A stretch of DNA of 63,169 nucleotides, the filler included, from Collodictyon triciliatum (taxonomy: Eukaryota), in assembly GCA_043381765.1 (NCBI GenBank). It is 7 parts of 7 records of this genome, joined end to end, with 100 filler letters (N's around TTAATTAATTAA, not from the genome) between each part and the next. Parts side by side here need not be neighbours in the genome. Positions count along the whole stretch, not along the records: positions 44,271 to 55,228 come from JBHJMP010002521.1; positions 55,329 to 59,139 come from JBHJMP010002566.1; positions 59,240 to 63,169 come from JBHJMP010002585.1; 4 more parts are not named here. The stretch is one strand, 5' to 3'. This document shows positions 47,497 through 61,217 of the stretch, in pieces. Position 1 is the stretch's first letter; every line of letters starts with the position of its first letter. Under the pieces are notes generated by a model. That model saw only the letters and a list, made by a program, of their open reading frames with translations. It was not told the DNA's origin and ran no database searches. The translations under genes were made by a program, and so were the position numbers.

Positions 47497-50400
47497 AGAT
47501 ATAATAGCTTGATTTACTTAAGTGTGTATCTAAATGATTCGGATATTTTACAGGGAGAAAAATTTTGCAGAGGAATGCATTAAACAATCCGAAACAAAAA
47601 TTTTCCGGCTATCATACGACTTGAAACAATGCGATACAATTATTGGAGGGCTGAGGAGACAAATTATCGATCTTGGTCTGTGCCATCATAAATATAAGAC
47701 TTGGATACATGTTTGCCATGAATCTATTCTCACAATCTGTATGTATACAGAATCCTTAGAGTCAGAGCGACAAGAAGCTTTGAGAAAGCTTGCAGAAAGC
47801 TCTTCGTGAGTTATCCATTTTATTTTATTTTACTTTATTTTATTTTATTTTTGCAAACGAAAACCTAAAAATATAGTAAAATAAAAATTTACTTATATCG
47901 GGTTCAAATAATGTGTCGAAAACCATTATGATAACTAAAATTACCCAACCATTGCTCTCAAGCGTTCGGAAGGAGCTTGTAAAAAAAACAAAGGAATGCG
48001 AGACTTTAGAAAAGAAAATCGAGGATATATTATCAAGGAACTCATCAAAACAATACAAATTAGAAAAGGAAATTGTCCGACTCCGTGAAACAACAGGTAC
48101 TTCTTCAACTCAATCACTTCCTCTGTTGCAAGTCTATTTTAAATCATGGTACATTATTGTCTAGCAGACACACCTTTTTTCGAAACAAACGAACAAAATC
48201 AAACAAACAAAAAAAAAATAATAAAAGACAAATTCTGAGCTTTTTCTTTGCTAGAAAAATTACAAGCGGACATGAAGAAAAGAGTTGAACTGGAAAAAGC
48301 AAATACGTCATCCACAGGAATGGGTAATTATTTATCTCTGAAATATTTGTCTTCTTTCAAATGAAACTGAGGAAAGTATAAGAAATCTTAATTGGTTCTG
48401 ATACTAGTTTGATTCTTATTTTTTCTTTCTTCTGACCAATATGCCATAATATGTGATCTACATAGCTACTAGCCGGTTAAAGGCAGCACTGAAGGAACGA
48501 GGGTCAATGTCGCTCCAAGACCTAAACATCTTGGAGCAAGCCTACCCTGCTGAATCCGATCGAAAAACTCTCGGCTCTATCCAATTCAAGTTGAATCCAA
48601 AGGTTTCCACGAGGAAACCCCCCACTCAATTTGAGATTGGGGCTGAGCCCGCCTTGTCTGGTGGTGAAGATAGCTATCAACATAAGGCTGTTGAAAAGGA
48701 TGCGCAGAAAGAGGTATCTACGGACGAACAAATCAACTCAGGATTGTATCGAACTATTGAGACTCAAACAGAACAGGAGGCTAAAGTAGTTCAACAAACA
48801 TTTGAAGTGGACATACAGACAGCAGACCTTATTAGGTACGAGAACAGAGAGACACAGGTATGGCCATCAGGGCCTCTACGATTCAAGTTCAGTGACCACA
48901 ACTCTCAAGTATTGAGAAGATTTCGTCGGCAATTTTCATCCCAAGACCTTAGAAAGCTTGACCGTAAAGCGGATGTTCTTCGCGAAGTCAGCTCCTTAAA
49001 GTCGTTTGCCTCGTCAAATAATCTGAAAACGCTACTACGTCTTCCTCAAGAAAATCCAAACATGCGAATTGAAAGATTAAGAAAAGTATAGTCTTTACTT
49101 CTTGGCAATGAGTCACTTATTCGTTATTATTCGCCCCTATATTCAAAGACATGCTTTTTAATACTCTTTGATTTTTTAATATTTTTTTTTTGAACAGAGC
49201 ATAGCTTTCGGTACGAACAAAGTGGAGAATGTAGAGGCCTTGATTAATACATTCGCAAATGTGGATGTACAACCAACCTTAAATAAAAATTGCGATAAAG
49301 CAGTTCAAGCGAAGTTGTATGTATCGCAAGATTTTTCATGTCAGGCTTCTCTGTCTCAAGCCTTTCAGATCATGGAACCAATGTAAGCACGTCAATACTC
49401 TATAAAATCGCATATAAATAGCCTTCATTCTTCCTCGGGACGTTTTTGTGTTTATTGTTCCATAGAATCAATGGTTTTGGTGACATTTATGTCGACTTTT
49501 GTAGCTGTTGAGCCTAACAAATTAATATGTGATTTGAGAACCAACTGCATAATCCTTTTACGAACATCTTTTTTAACCGCAAAATTATAATTCACAGGTT
49601 TTCGAGTGATAATATCCAAGCATCCGAGTCTAATGTTTGAACCTTACTTTTTTTTATCTTCTTTTCATATGTATTTACAATTTTCTCCTCTATCTGCTAT
49701 CCTGTTATATATCATTAATTAATTGACTAGGGAGCCATATCCTCCGGAGTGCATTCAAAAACCTATGATTTTCCAGGTTAGATAGCTTGCCTCACTTTAA
49801 ATAAACCATAAATTAAAAAAATATGATTGCATACCATATTTTTAGCCTTATTATAGCTTAAAATTCTGATGATGAAAATTTTAATGACGTCCAGATCGTG
49901 AAAAAAGTGTTGTTCACTCATCCACACCTGTTTCAGCCGTCGAGAAGAGTGACAAAGCCACCAACACCGATCTGTTAAATTCAGACTCACCAAAGTATCC
50001 TAATGACCACGAGTCTCTTTCATCTCCCAGACATTCTAAGTTACCTACAAAATTGCTTTTATCTAAAGGGGAACACGAACTAACCTTCGGACCGGAAACT
50101 GTTCAATCTGTGCATATCCCAAAATCCTCACGAGATAACGCAGCCTTCTCAAAGGCTCCTCCATCCCCAAGAAAAATGGCAAAATCTTCGGCGATTGGGA
50201 GCCAATCACATCCCTCTCTTAATACTGTCGAGCCCAGCCACCAAGCTTCCACATCATCATTGGAGTTTGAAGAAAATGACCCAATTTCAGAGCACAAGCA
50301 TCACTTTGAAACATCAAAAATAGAATCAAAGGAAGAAAGATCACATGTTGACGAAAAAAGTACCGACCATGGCCATAATCAGGAGCAAAGCAGAGCAGGT

Positions 50401-53400
50401 GCTTCAGTAGACAAATACCAAAAGACAGAATACAAAAAGAGGACAGGAAACTCTGTTTCTTCGGAAAACCCGCTAGCGCTGAAACAAACCACCACAATAG
50501 GAGTAAACACAGACCCGGTGACGATATTACCTGCAAATGTACTAGTACCGCCCACTTCTAAAGATATTGCCGGTAATGGTGATGCCCTTGATGAGATAAG
50601 AAGTAGAAAAGAACCTACCCATCCCAGAGCGGTTGATGAGCCTGGAAAGTTTAATGAAAATCAAAAAATACACAATTGGATATCATTACCATCTGAGCAG
50701 AATAGTCAGCCTTCAAGAGCTTCTCAAAACGCAGACACAAATGTTAACAGCCACCTTGATGTTCATGCTAACATAGAGAGCATGAGACAAGCTCAGAATT
50801 TGTCCCCAGCCACAAACAAGTCAACTGTACATGCAGAAAGGAGAAGGTCGCAAAATGGACCATTATCAGTCGGGGATATGCAAAACGAGCCTGTTCGAGC
50901 CAATCCACTCCATTCAACGAACACACACCCAAGGACCCATGTAGACGAAGGAATAAAGTCGGTTCTTCCAAGGCTAATATCGATCGAGAGGATTAACCCA
51001 GATGTTCTTGACAAGAAACTAGAAAAAGCCGATGCTTTGGGCACATTTTTAATATCTGAACCAGCAAGACATTTGGAGATACTTTTATGTTTGAATAAAT
51101 CGGATCAGGTAGAAGCTCTGAAAGATAGACTAAGCACTCTTGTTCAATCGATGTCTATTCTAATTACTGGAGGATATGGTTTGTCTTGTTTATTTTTTAC
51201 CTAATTTCTCTTCATATCTCTCGATTTTGCACTCTTTTCTTCTTCTTTTTTTATCACTAGTTTTCATTTCATTTAAAGTTTCAAACATCTTAGATCAAAG
51301 TAGAAAAATTTTGGTGAATATGAAGGTATTTTTCTCCAATTGTTAAGACATTCCCATATTTTGATGGGGTTTTTTTAACCCTAAAGTATCCTGAGTACGC
51401 TTCATTTTTTATGTATATATTTATTGTTAGCTTGACAAAATTTGATATAGACCCCTCGTTTGAAATGCGAAGATAAATCGGTTCAGCTGACCCCAAGATA
51501 TGAAGTGACACCATTATCATACATCTTTTATCACCATAATACCATTTTCATTACCTTGTAACAATTGACCTGTTCCTTTACTCAAGAAAAGTTCTAACGT
51601 CGATATATTTCATATAGCAGGACCCTAGAATCGCGGACGATAGATTGAGGTTAGTATGCGTAGTAATGAATTTCTCTCTTTTCGTTTGTATGGTAAAGAA
51701 ATATCTTGTTTTTTTTCCCCCTCTTTCTTTTCTTTCGCCGACATTACTATCTTTTAAAAGGAATAATCACGATAATTTTAATGTGCAGATCAAAAAGTCC
51801 AGATAGATGGATTCAAGAGAATATGCGCCAATCAGGAAGACGAGGTTATTACCTATGATATCGACATTACTAGACATTCAGTTATCCACACCTATGACTT
51901 ATAAATCGACATATTTCTAAAATTCAACTGCTCAATGAATTGTATGTAATATTCTTTTCAATTATTTGAATATTCAGAGCCCGGTGAAGCCGCTGTTCAT
52001 AGTGGAAATTATGAACCAGAGTAATAATATATCTTGAAGTTTTGAAAATTCATATCTTGAGTCAACCCTATATTTTATCTTAAAAAGAGGAAAGAAAAAC
52101 AAAGAAGCTAACTCTTCTTCATCCCCTATATTCTCATTTGCTTATTGGAAATACAGTACACCGCAGAGAATGTCGCCTTTCAGAAACCAACCTCTCACAG
52201 GAATCCAGCAGGCTGGAATTTCGAACGGCCAAAGGTCGTAATATATACATACACTATGCTTGCTGGATGGATATCATTCGGGTCTAGTTGCAATCTGCAC
52301 TTGATTTCAATAACACCCTAAATCATGTGTTCTCTGATTTACTATTACATTTCAGGAATGGAGAAGAGCCTTATGATGTGTTAAACAGAGGAGAAAGAAG
52401 AGGCATCGGGCCGTTCTCGATTATGAAACAAGTGTCACCTTCGATTGGTGAATCCCAAAAGCCCTCTGCATCAAGAGTGTCCCCTCCAAACAGACACCCA
52501 ATGTCGAGAATATGGGCAAGTCTATTTGATAGTGTCTCGTTGGACTGTCAGACGCTCTGTGATATATTTGCCATAAAATCACTCTATTTTTTTAAGTTAT
52601 TTATGAGCAAAATTTTTGAATAAAAAATGAACCAACAACTTATAAACAGGATTCAGGCAGCCCTGCAGCTAATAGGCCTGCTGATCAAACACCAATCAAT
52701 ACGATTCATCCGGCGATAACCGACCCAAGAGTCCGCGTGAGCGAGCCAATAGTGCCTACTACCAATGCGAAGTTGTGTAGCTTTACACAAGGTGAATCGA
52801 GCTCAATGAAGACTTATTTAACTCATATATAAACCCATTCAGCTTTGTGTAATCTTTGCATTTTCCTCTTAACCATCCCAGCCGAAACAAAAGATGCACC
52901 CGCAAACCAATCTTCCGTGTCCAAAGCAAATCTATTGCGAAAGCGCATTTTCCAGTTCTATGTTGACCGTGTTCATGCCAAAAACAAAGACCCCAAGGTT
53001 CAAGAAAGAAAAAAAAGAAAATAAGAAACCCCCAACTCGCATAACAATTTATAACAATCTCCATTTTTTTGTCTTCTTTTAATGAAAAGAACAATCATAG
53101 GATTAAATAGACTAATAGAGTGATTAAATTATTAAGATTACATAATACATCTTGTTCATTCTAATACGGTGTCAAAATAGGTGCTTTATATATCGTTATC
53201 ACAGTTCGTTCGTGACTCCTTCCTGCAAAAATATGGCCTGAAATCATTGGCTGAGCAGGTTTCCTCCATATTATCTAACAGTGTTTAAATAGAATTTGTA
53301 CATTCATTCGCATAACATACGTGGAAAACTGTGTTCTCATTTTTTTTTTTAAAAAAAAAAAACTTAATGCAGCACCTCAAAGAATTCCTTCAAACATTGA

Positions 53401-54220
53401 AGCACTACATTCGCAGACACCCACAAATTCAATTGTTTGCCCGCTTTTGTGGCTACGAAGAAGAACTTTGTCTCGAAGACCTGAATTTTTATATGTAAAC
53501 AATAATTTACATGAAACAATGTGGACCATATTTGGTGTGCATGTCGCAATTAAGATTATATGTTTTTTTTCGGGGTCCTTTTTTTTTTCTTCTGGCTTGT
53601 TATTATCTTTTTAGTTCTATTTTATTTTTATTATTTTTTGTTTTAAAGTTTCTTTCTTAATCTGAGTTATATATAATATGTAATGGCCATCTTCCTCGCT
53701 CTAATACAACCATTGCTAGACACTGCCTCGGCCTAGTCATGCAGCATGTGAATTTAACTTCACTTACCCAACAACGCGGACCGATTATGATACCGTCTTA
53801 TCGAGCAGAGATTGTTATTGATAGTGTTTTTGATGGAGTCACAAATGACGAACGTTTCCTGGCGGAAGTGAAGCTCAAGTTAGAGGAGAACACATTCCAA
53901 GACCCGAAGTATATTCCCTAAAAATAATTATCAATCCATTATGTCGAATCATATACTTTTTTTTTCAGTCAATTATTTATTACAAGGGTATATGCTTATC
54001 TAAAGAGACTATGTCTTTTTATTACCCAATTAATGATGCATTCACTTCCGAATAGTATTTACCTACGCATATTATATCTGATATCTAATTCTTCAATCAA
54101 TTGATTTTTCCAACTGACCATTTCGAATTCTATAGCGCTCCGCGAGTCGACCTGGAATGGTTCCTCGTCCATCTGCTGGAACAATGGCGGTCTCTGCCTA
54201 TTGTTCAAATAGATATTTAG
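45103..54220 (+). CDS. Large multi-exon coiled-coil protein with axonemal dynein light chain (p28-like) domain, AXDND1-like
   Basis: PSRGPTSRKEVILLQKWMDKEL..VFEACYHELIRQVSVTCQERGDLLEIVW resembles the Ax_dynein_light motif. Coiled coils and disordered segments follow, then a C-terminal helical domain (FLQKYGLKSLAEQHLKEFL..IQLFARFC..VDLEWFL) ending TAG at 54220. Continuity as one gene was only partly traced. Confidence 0.6.
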
Positions 54221-54603
54221 TTGTCGGGTTTGTCCTTTCTGTTTCACCTACGTTGTAAGTTGGGATGTCAATTAGTCTTGAATCCATTTTCATTCTACGA
54301 ATGATTTGTCTCTCCCGTTCTCTTTCCTCTTTCCTACCTAACCCATTCCATCAATAATTGATTGTAAAATCATTACCACCCTATCAAATTTCATTTCCTC
54401 CTCTATCTCTTTATTTTTCATTCATCTCCTCTCCTCCTCTATTTCGAGTATACTCTCATTGCAAAAAATATACATATATGATGAAGAGAAGAGAGAAGAA
54501 AGCAGTGGGCGCACATGAATAGTTTGTCTGGGTTGTGATGTAAACCTCGTTGCCCTACTGATTGCAATAAACACACAACAATTGATTTGTTTATTCATTA
54601 ATT

Positions 54604-54663
<60 letters not shown>

Positions 54664-55152
54664 TCTATATAGTTAGATAAATATAATATCAATTTATTTA
54701 TTGATTTATTTATTTCTATATCCCGCTTCGCCCCTTTCGTCCGAATCATGTCAAAAGCAAAGCCATGTCAATAAACCCACACTGTATGGCGGATAAACAG
54801 GGATTCCCCACACTCGCGCATCCCTTTCTGCCTCAAAAACAAACACTTCTTTTGCCCCATCTTTGCTGCCGCGAAGGAATCGTCTGGTGCGATTGTGAGA
54901 ATCTGGGGACTTTGTTGAAGGGGGCCTGCGTTGAGGCAGAATGGAGAGGGCTTTTAAGTAAGATAATGTGTCTGAGGTTAGAGGTAGGGCGGCGCGTTTG
55001 TTGTGAAGTGGGAGCTTTCTGTGACGAAGACAACTTTGCTCTCTTTGCGCAGCTACAGAGTAACTACCGGGGCGAATCTCCTTTTTTTTCTTTTTTTCCT
55101 TTTACCTTTATTTTTTTCCTTTTTTTTTACTTTTTTTTTTTACTTTTTTTTT

Positions 55153-55228
<76 letters not shown>

Positions 55229-55328
55229 NNNNNNNNNNNNNNNNNNNNNNNNNNNNNNNNNNNNNNNNNNNNTTAATTAATTAANNNNNNNNNNNNNNNN
55301 NNNNNNNNNNNNNNNNNNNNNNNNNNNN
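55229..55328. other. Artificial contig spacer
   Basis: N-TTAATTAATTAA-N linker. Confidence 0.98.
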
Positions 55329-55449
55329 ATCAGAGTTTTGTTTGTGGTGGGGTGTGGGGGGGGGGGGGGGGGGGAGGGGGGGGGGGGGGGGGGGGTTGTA
55401 ATTGAGATTTTCTTCTCAAGAACAAAAACAAAAACAAACCTCCAATAAC

Positions 55450-56550
55450 CTTTGATGTGGAGATGAGGACAGGGTAATTGTGGTACACATTCTTTTTCAA
55501 GGATTCAGTACCAGCATATTTCTGCTTCTCTAGCATAGAGTACGTGGATTTGACCTAAACCATGTAAAGATAATTACAATTGGAATGATTTTTGAGGCGG
55601 TTATTATTCTGGAGCATTATGTCCTATTCTGCATCAAAGACATCGAATAGATATTGAATGAAATAGTTATGTTTCGTGGTTGCTTCCATCGTATATGGAG
55701 TATTTATTATTATTTTTTTTGCATGATATGAAAATTGTACGCGTATCTTCAAATAACTAGAGGAACATAATGTAATTAATTAAACAGAAATTACCTTTTC
55801 TATGGACTCTTTCACGAAAATTTGGTTTGAATCTAACAAAAAAAATATAATTACAATTTATATTTTGTACAATTAATTCATTTATAATGAAAATTTAATT
55901 TTGAATTTTTTTTGGTATTTCAGTTCGAAATAGCGAATAACTCCGATAAAAGTGTAATCATATATTGCTTCATAAAGAGATAGAGTTAAAGTGTAAATAT
56001 TAAAATATTTTACCATACTTAAGTGTAGATAAATGAAAAAAATACAAATACACAGATACACAAATAACTAGATATACAGATACAGATTTTTTTTATTCTT
56101 CCTATCAATTTTGTGCAGGATGATGGAATGTTGACTTTGGACACAGGTATAGATATAGATATAGATATAGATATAGATATAGATATAGATATAGATATAG
56201 ATATAGATATAGATATAGATATAGATATAGATATAGATATAGATATTGATATTGATATTGATATTGATATTGATATTGATATTGATATTGATATTGATAT
56301 TGATATTTATGTGCATGAATATATATGTAAGTAAATGAATGAAAATAACTACAGGGAAACACATACACCTTTCAGGGTCTTCTATCCACTCGAGAACTTC
56401 ATCATCACTGGCAGACATGGCTTGAGCGCGGGGTGAGCGTTCGTTGATACCTCCTCGCGACCGGCCGTCCTTGCGCCTTGCCGGCAGCGTAAAGAGCTGA
56501 CGGCCGCTGTTTGGAAATGGTGACGTGGCAAACATCTGCAGGCGATCCAT
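55450..56550 (-). CDS. Exocyst Exo84/EXOC8-like (Vps51-type N-terminal domain), 5' part only
   Basis: Three phase-compatible exons give EDPERYSNQIFVKESIEKVKSTYSMLEKQKYAGTESLKKNVYHNYPVLISTSK, matching the LxxNVYxNYxxFI motif. The start is uncertain. Confidence 0.65.
56087..56141 (-). mobile_element. Short polyA-tailed retro-fragment, copy 3, intronic, abutting (ATCTAT)n
   Basis: Minus strand CCAAAGTCAACATTCCATCATCCTGCACAAAATTGATAGGAAGAATAAAAAAAA. Confidence 0.72.
56148..56306. repeat. Compound (ATATAG)n-(ATATTG)n intronic microsatellite
   Basis: Visible; one motif switch near 56245. Confidence 0.95.
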
Positions 56551-57653
56551 GCCTCTCTGCTTCTCCTGTGACAGTTGGCAGATTCTTATCCAGGTTTACT
56601 GCTATGATCGAAGCGGTTTTGTCTTATCCTTCTTTGCTTCATTCGCATCAAGCTTGTTTTTCTTTTCTTTCGCTCAATCAACAGCGAAGAGTCTGTCAGA
56701 TTCGTTTACCTTGGGTGAGATCAATTCTGTTTCATCATGACAAAAAAGATAACAATCTAGATTGTATCCCAAATAATATTCCGCATATGAGAATTATAAG
56801 TTCTAAGCAGCAAGTCTGTGGCTCGGTAACTGAAGTAGAATAATTTATTGATCATTCATTATACTAAGCATAGAATAGATAAAATTTTGTACTTAACAAA
56901 TTAATATACAAAAATGCTCTATTTCTATGAACATATTGACTTTCGATTAACATATGGGTTTCTCAATAAATGTCAACAGAAATATATTTGGTCCCTTAAT
57001 TTTACCATATGATGTCAATCAAAGTACTTAACAATACACATCATAATCAAGTTTATTACGATGATTTTCCTTTCTTTCAAAATTTCATTGAAACCTCGGC
57101 CCCTATGGCGGAACCAAAGGGTTGTGGTATATTCTTGAAAGCCAGTTGATTCATCTTAGCTCTTTCAATACTGTGGTCATACATCCTCTCACTCTCGCGC
57201 TCTCGAATCCTCCAAAGCGGCCCCGTCGCAAGCCGAACGCATCGCGCTTTCACTGTACGTATTTCGCCCTTCGCAGCAGCGTCCTCATTGCCCTTTGGCA
57301 TTGAATTTTCCTAGTCCTGCGAAGCACGTCTGGTCTTTGTGCAGCCTTGTCCGTTTTCCTCTCAGTGTCCACTTTGGCCTGCGTCCTGTTTGATCGCGTG
57401 CACACCCTACTCTTGCTTTCATACGTGACTTTTTCCTTCTGTGCCAAGGTTGCATCTGAAGCAACTGCTCATAGTTTTTTTTATTTATTTTAAAAAATAA
57501 CTGCCCAAGAGCTGTGGTGTGTCACGCTACTCTTTTTTCTTTTCTCTTGACCTCTGGCCTATTCCAGTCTGGTTGTTTAATCATGTTTTGCATGCTCTCC
57601 CCTCGTTTGGTGGCTGACCGGCACGCTGTTCCTTTCGCTTAGAAACCCTAAAC

Positions 57654-58398
57654 ATGACTGTCAAGAGAAGAAACCACGGACGCTCCAAAAAGGGACGAGG
57701 ACACGTCTCCGTTGTTCGCTGCGACAACTGCGGCCGCTGCGTCTCCAAGGTCTTTTCCTTTCCTTTCCTTTCATTTCATTTCATTTTCCTCAAGAGACAA
57801 ATCCTACACATTTGTACACGAGGCCAAAATGATAAACACTCACCCGTTTCCACACACAGGACAAGGCTGTCAAGCGCTTCATCGTCCGCAACATCGTCGA
57901 GTCCGTATGTCTTTGCGCTGCAACCATACCATAACCGGCGACTCCACCCTTGTGTTCGTGTATTCCGTCGGGAAAAATTGTCTCACTCCTGTTCTCACCC
58001 GCACAGGCTGCCATCCGTGACTTGAGCGAGGCTGCCGTCTACGACTCGTATGTCCTGCCCAAGCTCTACATCAAGACCCAGTACTGCATCTCCTGCGCCG
58101 TCCACGCCCGCGTTGTCCGAGTCCGCTCAGTCACCAACCGCAAGAACCGCGAGCCTCCACGCCGCCCCATCCGCCGCGTATGTGTTTATACCCATTGTTT
58201 TGTTATGTTTTGTTATTACCTTTTCTTTTTCTTTTTTTTGGGACCTTTTCTTGCGCAAGAGATAATAAGGAATGTTCGGATGGGTCGTGTCTTTCCTGGC
58301 TGAGTTTTCGCTCTTGTCGATATCTATAGGACGGACCCTCCAAGCCTGATGCCAAGAAGACCGACGCCAAGAAGCCCGTCGCTGCCAAGAAGGCTTAA
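57654..58398 (+). CDS. RPS26: 40S ribosomal protein S26 (eS26), 4 exons
   Basis: [78 protein letters not shown]..-TAA. Confidence 0.98.
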
Positions 58399-59139
58399 AT
58401 TCGGAAAAGTTAGTGTCTCTTCTCCGAGGGTACAAATAAACGACCGAAATATATCTAACCAGACCCTGGCCTTGTGTGAATAGTAAGAGATCTACGTGAT
58501 ACCTCTAGACTACTTGAGCGCAGTAATATGAACTTATTCTGGAAATTAAACTAATTTATCATTATTGCGGCAAGGTGGCATCTTTTTTTCATTTGGATTG
58601 TTTTTTTTAGTGTCCAAATTTCGACCTGGTGCTTTGCTGCCCTGTTGACATTCTATTGGTACCATGAGACTTGTGGTAGCGGCAAGTTTGTTGGTTGAAA
58701 ACGTGAACTATCGGACGTCCCTGACGTTTTGTAACTGGGAGAAGACTTTGGGATGTTTGTTGCTTTTTTTGTTTGTAAGTGACTCCCCCGCGTGTGTGCC
58801 TTTGTGCCTGATCACCCTGTTTTCTTTTCTATCTCTTTTTTTTTTCTTCGTTCTGTCCTTCACGTTTGTCGTGGGCATTTAAAAGCTGGTCGATATCATA
58901 TGAGAGACTATTTCTTACACTTTCTATCTCCCTAGCTTGCGTTCTTGTTGGTACCATCTTTCGCTCAAACTCAAACGATTTTTTCCTATTTCATATTTCC
59001 TATTTCCTTTTTCTTTTCTTTTTTTCTTTTCTTTTTCTTTTCTTTTTCTTTTTTCTTTTTCTTTTTTCTTTTTCTTTTTTCTTTTTTCTTTTTTCTTTTT
59101 TCTTTTTTCTTTTTTCTTTTTTCTTTTTTCTTTTTTCTT

Positions 59140-59239
59140 NNNNNNNNNNNNNNNNNNNNNNNNNNNNNNNNNNNNNNNNNNNNTTAATTAATTAANNNNN
59201 NNNNNNNNNNNNNNNNNNNNNNNNNNNNNNNNNNNNNNN
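59140..59239. other. Artificial contig spacer
   Basis: N-TTAATTAATTAA-N linker. Confidence 0.98.
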
Positions 59240-59285
59240 AATCGATGAACTGGGATTTTTAACAGTAATATACCTATATGGCCAG

Positions 59286-60139
59286 GGGTTGGCAAGAGCT
59301 CCCTAATGAGTCGGTTTGCCACTGGTACATTTAATGCCCTTCATATCGCGACATTAGGGTAAATACACCTATATTTTCATTTAAACAAGCGCATACATTC
59401 TCTAAACAGAATGAAAAAAATTCATCAGCATTATTTTACTTTCATTTTTTTTATTTTATTTTTTTTGCATCCTCCTGAGATCATTAGGTATGTTATCTAA
59501 TCATTCCTATCGTATTATTTCTAGAATCGATTTTCAGTTTAGAACAGAGCAAATTTCTGGAAAGCAAGTCAAGATTCAAATATGGGATACCGCAGGACAG
59601 GAGCGCTTCAACGCAATAACGCAATGTAATGACAGTTGAGAAATGCCACTTTCATATGTTTTATAAAATGACCAAAAGAAAACAAAATAGAAGCAGATAA
59701 AAAATGTGTTCCAATTTCATCCGACATTCTCTTACTTATTATACTATATAACGTTTGAAGCATACTACCGCAATGTGAATGGATTCATATTGGTCTATGA
59801 TGTCACCAATAGAGAGTCATTCGAAGGTAAGTTCACCTTGTCATATTAGAATTTTACTCATTATGCAATCGACATATTGGATAAAACGCCCTGAAGCACC
59901 ACTTAAATAATTTGGCAGTTATGAAAGGTTACGAATCTTGAATCCGTCATATGGTAATTATGCTCATTCCATCATGGACATCTAATATATCAACTCTAGG
60001 GACTAGAAAATGGATGAAGGATATCCGAGCCCAGAGTGGAGAGAAAGCCATAGTCATCTTGGTTGGAAACAAAATTGACTTGGTGGATGAACGGGTAAAT
60101 TGGATGATTGGCCACCTGCATTTGCATCCGGGCCGTTGC

Positions 60140-60237
<98 letters not shown>

Positions 60238-60624
60238 TTTATTCTCCCTTTCAATTTTGTGCAGGGCGATGGGGAATTAATAATGATAATAATAATAATA
60301 ACAATAACAGCAACAATAAATAAATCAGTCTGATCTAATAAAATTCTACTCTGCATTTGATCACAATTTCACATCACTTAGCAAGTCAGCATTTCTGAAG
60401 GGGAGCAGCTTGCCAAAGAGTTCGGCATCGGATTTTATGAGTCCAGCGCTAAATCCGGGGCAAAAGTATCGGATTCGTTCATCTCGCTGGCCCAGTTGGT
60501 GATGTCCCAGTCGGACAATCCGCTTTATTCGAGGAAGAAACAGGCTGAGGACAAAGTTTCCATCACGGAGTCCCAAACTTCAAATGCTGGGTCGCCGTCT
60601 GCTGGCGGCTCAGGATGTTGTTAG
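59286..60624 (+). CDS. Rab GTPase (divergent Rab1/Rab8-like), 5'-truncated, multi-exon
   Basis: [50 protein letters not shown]-terminal GCC-TAG prenylation motif. Confidence 0.92.
60141..60236. repeat. (AAT)n intronic microsatellite
   Basis: Visible, in the last Rab intron. Confidence 0.95.
60237..60276 (-). mobile_element. Short retro-fragment, copy 4, inside (ATT)n
   Basis: Minus strand TTCCCCATCGCCCTGCACAAAATTGAAAGGGAGAATAAAA with ATT repeats on both sides. Confidence 0.65.
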
Positions 60625-61217
60625 GGTGGGAAGGATACTCTGTCGTGTTGAAGGACCGATGCTCCACGTTGTGCCAGAAGACTTGCGTGACTCAAATTAA
60701 AAGGAAAAACATGAAAGAAATCAAACAAACAAACAAACAAAAAAGAAAAAAAAAAGGAATCCCAACCGGGCTGTGGTGGCATAGTTAGCAAAATATATAG
60801 TACATAAGGATTGAATCAAAATGTTGACACTTTACATACTTTAATGTTGGTATTCTCTTTATAAGTATTATAATTAAAAATAATAATAATAATAATAATA
60901 AAACTAATTGTTCATTTTCTTATTTTTGGGGGGTTTAGAGTTGCCCCACTTACTACGTTTTTTTTTCTGATTACAGATGTAATCTGTCACGCCTCCATGA
61001 ATAATGTATAGGGTTAAGCATGGCTCATCTAAATATGATAATTCAGGTCTAAAAAAAAAAAGAACAAAACATTGTAATTTTTTTCAAAAAATATATAGAA
61101 ATAATGGATCTATAGAAATTCAGGCGTAACGTATTTGGAAGTAGATGTTTTGTTTTGTGTTGTTTTGTTTTGTGTTGTTTTGTGTTGTTTTGTGTTGTTT
61201 TGATTTGACTTGATTTC

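Noticed and set aside
49995-50003. Possible U12-type donor GTATCCTA
   Set aside because: It deviates from GTATCCTT and no U12 branch site is evident.
54721-55080. GC-richer segment with a 129-aa ORF (similar segments at 57080-57470 and 19950-20450)
   Set aside because: No recognisable protein or RNA motif; these are probably promoter or UTR sequence next to genes or contig ends.
60768-60790. tRNA-like start GGGCTGTGGTGGCATAGTTAGC
   Set aside because: No T-loop/B-box or cloverleaf follows.
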